Below, one piece after another: positions 1-8,197 of a stretch of DNA of 34,577 nucleotides (position 1 is its first letter; every line of letters starts with the position of its first letter). Both the position numbers and the translations under genes were made by a program. The DNA is from Archangium sp. (GTDB taxonomy: Bacteria; Myxococcota; Myxococcia; Myxococcales; Myxococcaceae), in NCBI GenBank assembly GCA_031367385.1, contig JANLPS010000157.1, forward strand, positions 1 to 34,577, written 5' to 3'. The notes under the pieces were generated by a model that was given only the letters and a program-made list of their open reading frames with translations, was not told the origin of the DNA and searched no databases.

Positions 1-84
1 GAGACGATCGTCGATCGGGTGAGCCGCGCTCCAGGGCTGAGCATCGACACCACGGTCGACCGGCTGGTCATGAAGAAGGAGTGA
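1..84 (+). CDS. 3' end of an upstream CDS (partial), product unknown
   Basis: Frame 1 is open from base 1 (ETIVDRVSRAPGLSIDTTVDRLVMKKE) to TGA at 82-84, with GC-rich codon usage. It abuts the next gene. Confidence 0.55.
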   Translation, partial: ETIVDRVSRAPGLSIDTTVDRLVMKKE

Positions 85-86
85 CC

Positions 87-503
87 ATGCGCTGGCTCAC
101 CATCGTGGCCCTCGGCTTGGCGCTGACGGGCTGCCCGTACCCGATTTACAAGTTGATTCAACCCGAGGCGTCGCCGCTGGTGGTGAGCGAAACGGGGGCT
201 CCGGTCGAGGGAGCGAACGTCGCGCTGATCTCGAATGCGTACCCGTACGGCTTCGAAAAGAGCCGAGAGCTCAAGCGCACCGATGTGACGGGAGCCACCC
301 ACTTCGACTCCCACCGTGAGTGGAGGCTCGAGGTCTTTCTCTTCATTCACGGCGCGGAGATCTACTTCTGGAACTGGTGCGTCGAAAAAGACGGCTACGA
401 GACCTTTCGCACCCAGTGGGCGAACGACGGTGATTTCACCGCGCGCCCAACGGTGGTGCTCAAGCGCGGTTCGTCGACGAGCTGCGAGCGCTCAGAGCGC
501 TGA
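87..503 (+). CDS. Hypothetical lipoprotein (carboxypeptidase-regulatory/prealbumin-like beta fold possible)
   Basis: ATG at 87 follows AAGGAG. Lipobox signal MRWLTIVALGLALTG-C. The pattern 'VVSETGAPVEGANV...TDVTG...VEKDGY' is typical of carboxypeptidase-regulatory-like domains. Confidence 0.7.
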   Translation: MRWLTIVALGLALTGCPYPIYKLIQPEASPLVVSETGAPVEGANVALISNAYPYGFEKSRELKRTDVTGATHFDSHREWRLEVFLFIHGAEIYFWNWCVEKDGYETFRTQWANDGDFTARPTVVLKRGSSTSCERSER

Positions 504-1763
504 GCCCAGCTCGAGCGTGGTGGGAAACTGCCAGTTCGCGACCGAGGTATCGCCCGAGGTGTACTGCGGCGTGAAAGGCCGAAGCGCGATGAAAAACTGT
601 TCAAAGACGCGCACTTGAAGGCCCCAGCCGATTCGCACCTGTGCATGACCCCGAAAGTCAGCCCCGAGCTCGAGGTGCACCGGCACCAGCACGCGGCGAT
701 TCGCGTCGAGGTCGAAGTTGCAGCCGAGCCGCAGCGTCCAAAAGATCAGCGGCGCGAACTTGGAGATCGCAGGCGAGAGCGGCGCGGTCGAGAGAAACGG
801 CGTCTGCGCGAACAGGTTCGGCCACCACCCATGAATGCCCAGGCCGGCTTCGAAGAGATCGAACAGCCTGACACCTCCGAAGACCGAGGTCTGGCTGCCG
901 CGCCCCAAGAAGGTCGACCCCGCTTCGACGGCCACGAGGCCGCGATAGTTGGCGCGTCGCTTGGCGAGCTCGGAGAACAAGGGCTGGGCGCTCTCGAGCT
1001 GTGGCTGGCTTCGACCGGGGCGCCAGAGCAGCGAGCCCTGCGGGGCCTCGACCTCGACCGCCGCGCGTGGGTTCCCGGAGGTCGTAATGACTCCGGCGAG
1101 GTTGCCGCCCACGAAGAGCGAGAGTGGGATCACGATCAAGAAGGCGACCGCCGAGCCGTGATCTGGGTGCTGCACCTCGAGCGAGCCCACGTCGTCCCAC
1201 CGAATGCCATCGACGAGGGTGTCGGGCAAGGTCAGGCCACGCTGCACTACCAAGCCGGGCACGTCGTAGCGAACGGTGCGCTCGCCACGCCAGACGAACA
1301 CCCAGTCTTCTTCAGGCGACGCGGGCAGCTCGGCGCTGCGTACGGCTTCGAACCAGGCACGGAGCGCCGCTCCAGGGCCGTCGACCTCGAAGCGCGGTGG
1401 CAGATTGCGAAGAAAGAGCCCCTCGGCCAACCCGGCGAGCTGGGCCCGGCGCTCGTCGCTCAGGTGCTTCACCTCGATGCGAGCCAGTGAATCAATCGGG
1501 AGCCCCGGGCCGTCGAGGCGCGCGCCTGACTCGTTGACCAGCAAGTGCTCAGGCGAGAACCAGGGTGATTCGCCTCCATCTTTGAAATGAAGCCGAACTG
1601 GCGAGTGCGGCGCGACCCGGGTACCGGTGTGAGGGCCGAACAAACCGACGTGATCATCGTGCGGCTGCTGGAGCGGGCCCAGGTCTTCGCGCTGAGCGCT
1701 CTGAATCGTGAAGCACCCGGTGAAGAGCAACGACATCAACAGCCAGGGTCGCCGCGCGCGCAT
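492..1763 (-). CDS. Hypothetical lipoprotein with possible C-terminal beta-barrel-like region
   Basis: ORF 492..1811, likely start ATG at 1763 (MRARRPWLLMSLLFTG-C lipobox). It has an internal hydrophobic segment and alternating amphipathic beta strands in the C-terminal third. Confidence 0.65.
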   Translation of the reverse strand: MRARRPWLLMSLLFTGCFTIQSAQREDLGPLQQPHDDHVGLFGPHTGTRVAPHSPVRLHFKDGGESPWFSPEHLLVNESGARLDGPGLPIDSLARIEVKHLSDERRAQLAGLAEGLFLRNLPPRFEVDGPGAALRAWFEAVRSAELPASPEEDWVFVWRGERTVRYDVPGLVVQRGLTLPDTLVDGIRWDDVGSLEVQHPDHGSAVAFLIVIPLSLFVGGNLAGVITTSGNPRAAVEVEAPQGSLLWRPGRSQPQLESAQPLFSELAKRRANYRGLVAVEAGSTFLGRGSQTSVFGGVRLFDLFEAGLGIHGWWPNLFAQTPFLSTAPLSPAISKFAPLIFWTLRLGCNFDLDANRRVLVPVHLELGADFRGHAQVRIGWGLQVRVFEQFFIALRPFTPQYTSGDTSVANWQFPTTLELGSAL

Positions 1764-1810
1764 TGAGAGACCTTGAGCGTATTGCATTCGTCTTCTACCT
1801 TGCGCGCCCA

Positions 1811-2863
1811 ATGAACAACATCGGCCCGATCATGGCGGCGCTCATCGCATTCGGCACGCTCGGCTACTACGTCTTTCAAGCGATTCAGAATCGGCGAACC
1901 GGAGGGCCGCGCTCCAAAATCTCACCACTGCTCGGTGACGAGGTCGGGCAGCGGGTCGCGAAGACCTTGAAGCAACCGGCCGGCGTCGACGAGCTGATCG
2001 CCCTGCTCGACGAGTGCGGCACCGACTTTGACGCGAGAGACTTCTACGTTCACGAGCTCGCGCCGCTGGCCTCGTTGGAGCGGCTCAACCAGCTCAACGA
2101 GACCGCCCCGACGGCGACGACCTTGTTGGCGCGGGGCGTTCACTTCATCGACGCAGCGTGGAGGGCTCGTGGCCGAGGCAACGCCGACTCGGTGAGCAAG
2201 ACGCAGTGGCAGAAATTTCAAGAGTTGCTCGACCAGGCCCGAAATGATCTCGAGGCCAGCGCCGAGGCCGCGCCCGATGATCCGACTCCGCTGGGGCAGC
2301 TGATGATCGCCCTGCGAGGGCTCGACGCGCCGCTCGAGCAGAGCACCGAGACGTTCGAAAAAGCGGTGGCGATTCAACCAGATCACTACCGCGCGCACTG
2401 GGCGATGTTGACCCAGCTCTCGCCCCGCTGGGGTGGTGAGCCAGAAGACCTGACCAGCTTCGTCTCGTCGGCGGTGCAAAACGCGGAAGTTGGCAGCCCC
2501 CTGCACATGTTGATCATCGGCTCGCACCTCGACACCTGGAGCGACCGGCTGGTGATTCAGAAGAGGAAAAAAGCGGCTGATCAATTTCTGCAGAACCAGG
2601 CTGTGTGCGACGAGATGGTATCGGCCTACGAGGCGAGCCTGGGCGCGGAGGCCTTCGAAGAGCGAAAGACCAGCATCTACTTGCGAAACCAGGCGGCCTT
2701 CGCGTTCTTCATGTTTCAACGACCCGAGCTGACCCAGGTCGAGCTGACCAAGATCGGCAAGGCCTTCACCGAATACCCGTGGATCTACGGGCGCACTGGA
2801 GAAGAAGAGACCGAAGACGTCATCGAGCGCGCCAAGCTGATCACCCGCCACTCACTCAAGTAA
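1811..2863 (+). CDS. DUF4034 domain-containing protein with N-terminal TM helix
   Basis: Motifs AWRARGRGNADSVS, A..AAPDDPTP and LSPRWGG are characteristic of DUF4034 proteins. Start ATG at 1811 precedes a hydrophobic helix. Confidence 0.75.
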   Translation: MNNIGPIMAALIAFGTLGYYVFQAIQNRRTGGPRSKISPLLGDEVGQRVAKTLKQPAGVDELIALLDECGTDFDARDFYVHELAPLASLERLNQLNETAPTATTLLARGVHFIDAAWRARGRGNADSVSKTQWQKFQELLDQARNDLEASAEAAPDDPTPLGQLMIALRGLDAPLEQSTETFEKAVAIQPDHYRAHWAMLTQLSPRWGGEPEDLTSFVSSAVQNAEVGSPLHMLIIGSHLDTWSDRLVIQKRKKAADQFLQNQAVCDEMVSAYEASLGAEAFEERKTSIYLRNQAAFAFFMFQRPELTQVELTKIGKAFTEYPWIYGRTGEEETEDVIERAKLITRHSLK

Positions 2864-2869
2864 GCGCGC

Positions 2870-3367
2870 TTAGTTCTCAACCAAAAGCACCGTGGCGGTC
2901 TCGACGCCGCGTGGGCGTTCGACCTCGACCTCGTCACCCACTTCACGGCCGATCAGGCCTCGGGCGAGCGGTGATTCAATCGACACCAGGCCTTGCTTCA
3001 CGTCGGTCTCATCGGGGCCGACCAGGCGAAGGCGCTGTTCACGGCCATCGCTCCAGCGCAGCGACACGGTGCTGCCGAAGCGAACCTGGCCGGTGCCGGG
3101 GGTGGCGGGCACCACGCGCACACTCTCGAGGGTGGCGGCGATCAGCGCGACCCGGTGCTCGAGCTCTTTGACGCGGGCCTCGGCGTCGAAAGCGGAGCTC
3201 GCTTTGAGCGCCGGGCGTTCGATGTCGGTCAACCGCTTCAGCTCATCGAGCAGGGCGCGGTGCCCGTCGACGGTCATCGGTCGTTCTTCGCCGCGGTTGG
3301 CGCGTTGAATGGGCCGCCCCACCACGCTCGAATCGGCTGATTCTTCGTCGGTGAAGGCTTTCGACAT
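2870..3367 (-). CDS. GreA/GreB family transcription elongation factor-like protein
   Basis: MSKAFT N-terminus and a C-terminal Gre domain (VRFGSTV...LVGPDETD...VSIESPLARGLIGREVGDEVEVERPRG). Confidence 0.85.
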   Translation of the reverse strand: MSKAFTDEESADSSVVGRPIQRANRGEERPMTVDGHRALLDELKRLTDIERPALKASSAFDAEARVKELEHRVALIAATLESVRVVPATPGTGQVRFGSTVSLRWSDGREQRLRLVGPDETDVKQGLVSIESPLARGLIGREVGDEVEVERPRGVETATVLLVEN

Positions 3368-3382
3368 GGCGCCTTTTTGTGT

Positions 3383-4081
3383 CTACTTCGGCTTCGAGAA
3401 GCTCGTCTTGCGATCGAGCAAAAACCCGAGCTTGAACTGAAAGATTCCAGTGCCGACCGCTCCGTAGAGATAATCGGCGTGCACGCCATCGCCGCTGTAG
3501 GTCACCGGGAGCCCGCCCCACACCGGCCAGACCGCGGCGAGCTCGGGCAACAGGGTCAGCGCGTCACTGAAGCGCAGCGCGAAGCCCAAGCTGCCGCCGA
3601 CCGCGAGCATGTACATCGGGCGGGTCGAGGGGCCTCCGATGAAGATGAAGTGCTGGCTGCGGAGCCCGAGCACGAGCTGGTGCGCACCGATGCCGATGCC
3701 GAACAAGAAGGGGGTCGCCGCGCTGAGAATGCCCCCGAGTGGGTCGACGCTCACCGAGTTCGAGGTGAGAATCACGCCTCCCACGTTCGGCGCGAAGGAG
3801 ATGGCGAGCCGGGTGCTGCCGGGCGAGGTGAGCTGATACTTTGACTGCGCTTCGAGAAACGACCAGCCCGCGCGGAGCCCCAGGTCGAGCCGGTCGGTGA
3901 AGCCGTAGCGAACCGCGACATCGAGGTGGGGGTAGAGCTGCAGGCCCGGTTTGCCGCCCAAGACCTGGGCTCCGGGCTCAGCGCTGATCTGCAGGTTGCC
4001 ACGGCCGACGGTGTTGGCGGTTTGCACGCTGCCGACCGAGGCGCAGGCCAACAGCAGCAGCAGGGGCGCGAGTCGAAACAC
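3383..4081 (-). CDS. Hypothetical lipoprotein / outer-membrane beta-barrel-like protein
   Basis: Lipobox LLLLLA-C. Alternating beta strands (VAVRYGFTDRLDLGLRAG, FQFKLGFLL). Same strand as, and 15 bp from, the Gre gene. Confidence 0.65.
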   Translation of the reverse strand: MFRLAPLLLLLACASVGSVQTANTVGRGNLQISAEPGAQVLGGKPGLQLYPHLDVAVRYGFTDRLDLGLRAGWSFLEAQSKYQLTSPGSTRLAISFAPNVGGVILTSNSVSVDPLGGILSAATPFLFGIGIGAHQLVLGLRSQHFIFIGGPSTRPMYMLAVGGSLGFALRFSDALTLLPELAAVWPVWGGLPVTYSGDGVHADYLYGAVGTGIFQFKLGFLLDRKTSFSKPK

Positions 4082-4153
4082 GGCGGGTAATCAAACACAG
4101 GCGCGCGCTCTTGTGTGGCTCTCGGCCGGCAAGTGCTACAGGTGGCCCCTCGC

Positions 4154-4648
4154 ATGAACTGGGACGACGTCACCGGCCATTTCGAGCACCGCGTCACCTT
4201 TTCGGAGACCGACGCGCTGGGCTACGTGCATCACCGCTGCGCGACCGTCTGGTTCGAGCAGGCGCGCGAAATTTTCTTTCGGCGCTTCGGCCTCTCGGCC
4301 CTCGAGCTGTACCAGCGCGGGTGGTACCTGGCCGTACGGCAGCTCAACAGCCGGTTTGACAGTTTCATCGCCTACGAAGACCGGGTCAGTGTGCGGGTCG
4401 CGTTGACCAAGCTGGGCCGGGTCGCGGTTGATTTTCACTACCGCGTCGACAACCTCAGCACCGGCAAGCTGGCCATTCGAGGGCACACCAACCTGGTCGC
4501 GGTCGAGCCCAAACCGAACGAGCCGCCTGCTTTGGGGCGATTGCGTTTTCCGCGCGAGCCGTTCATGCCGTTGGTGGTCAGCGCTGATGCATTTTACGGT
4601 GCCGAGCAAGGGGCCTGGCACCCGCCTCGATGGGAACCGGGGGGCTGA
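4154..4648 (+). CDS. Acyl-CoA thioesterase (4HBT/YbgC-FadM hotdog family)
   Basis: RVTFSETDALGYVHH..WFEQAR matches the hotdog thioesterase D-x-x-G-x-V-x-H signature. Confidence 0.85.
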   Translation: MNWDDVTGHFEHRVTFSETDALGYVHHRCATVWFEQAREIFFRRFGLSALELYQRGWYLAVRQLNSRFDSFIAYEDRVSVRVALTKLGRVAVDFHYRVDNLSTGKLAIRGHTNLVAVEPKPNEPPALGRLRFPREPFMPLVVSADAFYGAEQGAWHPPRWEPGG

Positions 4649-4650
4649 CG

Positions 4651-4875
4651 ATGAAGCGAGTCACTGGCATTGGCGGAGTCTTCTTCAAAGCGAAAGACGC
4701 CAACGCGTTGCGAGCCTGGTACCAGAAGCACTTGGGGCTCGACCTGCAGTCGTGGGGCGGCATGACCTTTCAGTGGCAGACTCCCGAGGCGCCGGCGCCC
4801 GATGGCTCGACCGCGTTCTGCATCTTCGAGGGCACCTCGGAGTGGCAACCTCCCGCCGGTCGAATCGAAGGGTAA
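4651..4875 (+). pseudogene. VOC/glyoxalase family protein, internally deleted (74 aa)
   Basis: N-terminus MKRVTGIGGVFFKAKD..LRAWYQKHLG and C-terminal WQPP are typical of ~125-aa VOC proteins, but the middle of the second beta-alpha-beta-beta-beta module is missing. Confidence 0.65.
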
Positions 4876-4882
4876 CCAAGCG

Positions 4883-5419
4883 ATGCCCGCTCCGCAGTTG
4901 GTGACGCAGCGTTTGGTGCTGCGCGCGCACAGCCTCGAAGACTTCGACCCGATGTCGAAGATGTACGCGACGCCCGAGGTGTACCGGTTCATCGGTGGTG
5001 AGCCGCTGATTCGCGACGACGTGTGGTCGCGGTTGTTGCGCTCGGTGGGCCACTGGGAGCTGCTGCACTTCGGCTTCTGGGTGATCACCTCGAAAGCCGA
5101 CGGCGGCTACCTGGGCGAAGCGGAGTTCTCTGACTTTCACCGCGACATCAAGCCTCCGCTCTTTCGCGTGCCGGAAATCGGCTGGGCGTTGGTACCCGAG
5201 GCGCACGGCCAGGGGCTCGCCACCGAGGCGATGCGAAAAATCGTCGAGTGGGGCGACGCGACTCTCGAGGCAGACGACAGCGTGGCGATGATTCAAGCCG
5301 AGAATGCGGCGTCGATCGGCGTGGCGACGAAGCTTGGGTTTCACCGCTGGCGCACCGGGGTCTACAAGGGCCAGAACCAAACCTTCTGGAAGCGCACGAG
5401 AGCGCCGAAGAGCGGCTAA
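4883..5419 (+). CDS. GNAT family N-acetyltransferase (RimJ/RimL-like)
   Basis: LVTQRLVLR N-terminus, EIGWAL..AHGQGLATEA acetyl-CoA motif A, and N.ASIGVATKLGF motif B. Confidence 0.9.
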   Translation: MPAPQLVTQRLVLRAHSLEDFDPMSKMYATPEVYRFIGGEPLIRDDVWSRLLRSVGHWELLHFGFWVITSKADGGYLGEAEFSDFHRDIKPPLFRVPEIGWALVPEAHGQGLATEAMRKIVEWGDATLEADDSVAMIQAENAASIGVATKLGFHRWRTGVYKGQNQTFWKRTRAPKSG

Positions 5420-5426
5420 AATCACG

Positions 5427-7709
5427 ATGCCTTTGGCCGAACGTCTCCCCCTGGCGGGGCTCACGGTGCATCAATGGTTGCCGACCTTCAGCGTCGGTGA
5501 CGCGATGGGCGCGGCCGCGGTCGCTTTTCGCCGAGCGCTGCGCACGCTGGGCGCGCTGGGAGAGATCTACGCCGCCGAGACCTCGCTGCCGACGCTGGTC
5601 AAGCCGATGTCGGCCTTCGTCGATGCGCCGGGCGCGCTGGTGCTCTATCACCACGGCATCGCGTCACCGCTGGCCGGCGCGCTGATGCACCTCGAGGGCC
5701 CGACCGGGGTGGTGTTTCACAACATCACTCCGGCGCGCCTGTATGCCGGCACCCGCCTCGAAGAACCGCTGCGAGCGGGGCGTGCGCAACTGGCGGCTTT
5801 GGCCACGTCGGTCGATGTGTCGTTGGCGGTCTCACCTTTCAATGCCCGTGAGCTGAGCGCGGCGGGCCACGAGAACGTGCAGCTCGCGCCGTTGTTCATC
5901 GAGCCTGAACGCTTCGATGCGGGGCAAGCCGATTCGCGGCTGCTCAAAGCGCTGTCTGGGGGGCCGCGGCCTGCGGTGGTGTCGGTGAGCCGGGTGGTGC
6001 CGCACAAGCGGGTCGACGACTTGCTCTCGTTGCACGCTGAGCTCTTGCGGTTGGCACCCGACGCGACGCTGCGAATCATCGGAGGCTTTGCGCCGGGCCA
6101 TCGTGAGGTGAAGGCGTTGCTCGAGCGTGCGGAGTCACTGGGCGGCGTCGAGCTGGTGGGGCGGGTGACGCACGGTGAATTGGTGGCTTCGTATCGAGCC
6201 GCTGACGTGTACGTGTCGATGAGCGAGCACGAGGGGTTCGGGGTGCCGTTGATCGAGGCGATGGCGAGCGACCTGCCGGTGTTGGCCTTCGGTGCGGCGG
6301 CGGTGCCCGAGACGATGGGCGGCCGGGGCATCGTCTTCGACACCAAGCACTTCGCGGCGCTGGCCGAGCTCGTGCTCCTGCTTCAGCGCGATGTGGCGCT
6401 GCGCTCGCGGCTCATCGACGGGCAGCGGCAGCGGGTGGCTGAGCTCTCTCTCGAGCACACGGCGCAGGCGCTGGGGCAGGCGTTGGCTCCGTTCGCGCCT
6501 GCCAAACCGCGAGGCAAACCTTCGCCGCGGCCCCGGGTGGCGATCGTGGTGCAGCGCTTCGGCGAAGCGATCACCGGTGGAGCCGAGGCGCACGCGAGAC
6601 AAGTGGCTTTGCAGCTGGCAAAAGACGCGACGGTCGACGTGCTGACGACCTGCGCGACCGATCATCTGACCTGGGCGAACGAGCTGCCCGAGAGCGAGAG
6701 CCTCGATGGTCAGGTGCGCGTGCACCGCTACCGGGTCGAGCGGCCTCGGCAGATGCGGCCGTTCAACCGCTTGTCAGACACGATGTTCGGGCATGGCCAA
6801 GACCTGGTCGCCGAGGAGCGGTGGGTCGCCGAGCAGGGCCCGGTCGCCCCGGGGTTGATGCACGCCGTGCAGCGCTGCGCAGACACGCATGACGCACTGA
6901 TCTTCTTCACCGCTTTGTACGCGCCGACCGCCCTTGGGTTGCCGACGGTGGCGAACAAGGCGCTGCTGGTGCCGACCGCGCACGACGAGCCGCCGATGCA
7001 GTTTCACCTCTACGGCGATGCCTTCGAGCGCGCGCAGGTGCTGCTGTGCAACACCCCAGAAGAAGCGAGCTTCATTCGGGCCCGCTTTCCCCGCGCGGCG
7101 CGTTCGCGAATCGTCGGCGTTGGGGTCGAGCCCCCGCCTTCGGGTGAGCTCGAGGTCGCGCAAGTTCGTGAGCGCTTCGGCCTGGTGGGCCCGTACCTGA
7201 TCTACGTCGGGCGGCTCGAGGCAGGCAAAGGCGTGCCGGCGCTGATCAAAGCGCACCAGGCGTTGGTGAAGCAGTTTCACGACGCGCCGATGTTGGTGCT
7301 CGCGGGCACGGGCGAGCTGAGCCCCACCGGTGAGCGGGTGAAGCTGCTGGGCCGGGTGACCGAGGCCGACAAGTGGAGCCTCCTGGCCGGAGCCCTCGCC
7401 GCGGTGGTGCCCTCACGCTACGAGAGCCTGTCGCTGCTGGCGTTGGAGGCGATGGCGGTGGGCACTCCGGTGCTGGGCAACCAGGCCTCGGCGGTGGTCG
7501 AAGGCCAGCTGAACCGCAGCCGTGCAGGTGTCACGTATACAGAAGCCCACCCGCGATCATTCAGCGACGCCGTTCAGAAGGTCGGGCAAGAGCGCACCAC
7601 GTTCTCGAAAAATGCCCGTCGTTTCGCGGCTCAATACAGGTGGTCAGCGGTGGTCGAAGCCTATCTCGATGAGATCGAGTGGCTGCAGCGCCCGGTTGCA
7701 CTGTCCTAG
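5427..7709 (+). CDS. Glycosyltransferase family 4 protein with two tandem GT-B modules
   Basis: Module 1 has VSRVVPHKR and SEHEGFGVPLIEAM. Module 2 has GGAE, YVGRLEAGKG and SRYESLSLLALEAM (EX7E motifs). Confidence 0.9.
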   Translation: MPLAERLPLAGLTVHQWLPTFSVGDAMGAAAVAFRRALRTLGALGEIYAAETSLPTLVKPMSAFVDAPGALVLYHHGIASPLAGALMHLEGPTGVVFHNITPARLYAGTRLEEPLRAGRAQLAALATSVDVSLAVSPFNARELSAAGHENVQLAPLFIEPERFDAGQADSRLLKALSGGPRPAVVSVSRVVPHKRVDDLLSLHAELLRLAPDATLRIIGGFAPGHREVKALLERAESLGGVELVGRVTHGELVASYRAADVYVSMSEHEGFGVPLIEAMASDLPVLAFGAAAVPETMGGRGIVFDTKHFAALAELVLLLQRDVALRSRLIDGQRQRVAELSLEHTAQALGQALAPFAPAKPRGKPSPRPRVAIVVQRFGEAITGGAEAHARQVALQLAKDATVDVLTTCATDHLTWANELPESESLDGQVRVHRYRVERPRQMRPFNRLSDTMFGHGQDLVAEERWVAEQGPVAPGLMHAVQRCADTHDALIFFTALYAPTALGLPTVANKALLVPTAHDEPPMQFHLYGDAFERAQVLLCNTPEEASFIRARFPRAARSRIVGVGVEPPPSGELEVAQVRERFGLVGPYLIYVGRLEAGKGVPALIKAHQALVKQFHDAPMLVLAGTGELSPTGERVKLLGRVTEADKWSLLAGALAAVVPSRYESLSLLALEAMAVGTPVLGNQASAVVEGQLNRSRAGVTYTEAHPRSFSDAVQKVGQERTTFSKNARRFAAQYRWSAVVEAYLDEIEWLQRPVALS

Positions 7710-7721
7710 CACACCATGACA
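7702..7721. promoter_or_regulatory. Putative YtrA/GntR operator box 1 (TGTCCTAGCACACCATGACA)
   Basis: 20-bp imperfect palindrome TGTC-N12-GACA. It is a near reverse-complement of box 2 and lies upstream of a YtrA-type regulator. Confidence 0.6.
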
Positions 7722-7767
7722 CTCTGGGCCGCAATCGTCTCGCGACCCCGGCGTACCATCGCCACAC

Positions 7768-7787
7768 TGTCATAGCTTACTAGGACA
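7768..7787. promoter_or_regulatory. Putative YtrA/GntR operator box 2 (TGTCATAGCTTACTAGGACA)
   Basis: 20-bp palindrome TGTCATAG-N4-CTAGGACA overlapping the AGGA RBS, ending 4 bp before the gntR ATG. A TACCAT -10-like hexamer at 7754-7759 lies between the two boxes. Confidence 0.7.
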
Positions 7788-7791
7788 CATC

Positions 7792-8193
7792 ATGCGCTGG
7801 ATCATCGACTACCAAACCGGAGTGCCCGTGTACCTGCAGCTGATGCAGCAGGTGAAATCAGCGGTCGCGACCGGCGCCATGCGGGCCGGAGATCAGCTGC
7901 CCTCGGTGCGGGCGATGGCCGAGGAGCTTCGGGTCAATCGCAACACCGTCGCGCGGGCCTGGGCCGAGCTCGAGACCGAGGGCGTCATCGCCAATCGGCA
8001 GGGGCTGGGCTGTTTCGTGACCGAGAAGGTGACTCCGCTTCGCAAGGCAGTTCGCAATGAGCGGCTGGCACTCGCGCTCGATCAGGTGATCGTGCAAGCG
8101 CATCATCTGCAGGTCTCTGATGACACGCTGCGAGCGTTGCTCGACGAGCGCATCACCCACTTTCACCACGTGCGCAAAGCACAAGGAGACTGA
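7792..8193 (+). CDS. GntR family transcriptional regulator, YtrA subfamily
   Basis: PVYLQL...GDQLPSVRAMAEELRVNRNTVARAWAELETEG..G.G.FV wHTH with a short C-terminal helix, directly upstream of an ABC ATPase. Confidence 0.92.
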   Translation: MRWIIDYQTGVPVYLQLMQQVKSAVATGAMRAGDQLPSVRAMAEELRVNRNTVARAWAELETEGVIANRQGLGCFVTEKVTPLRKAVRNERLALALDQVIVQAHHLQVSDDTLRALLDERITHFHHVRKAQGD

Positions 8194-8197
8194 CCGC

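Noticed and set aside
615..1490. Long antisense or alternate-frame ORFs (e.g. 615..1490, 1922..2851, 9047..10063, 17684..18601, 20186..21469, 21475..22449)
   Set aside because: They are shadow ORFs of real genes caused by high GC3 and stop-codon scarcity, with no recognisable motifs.
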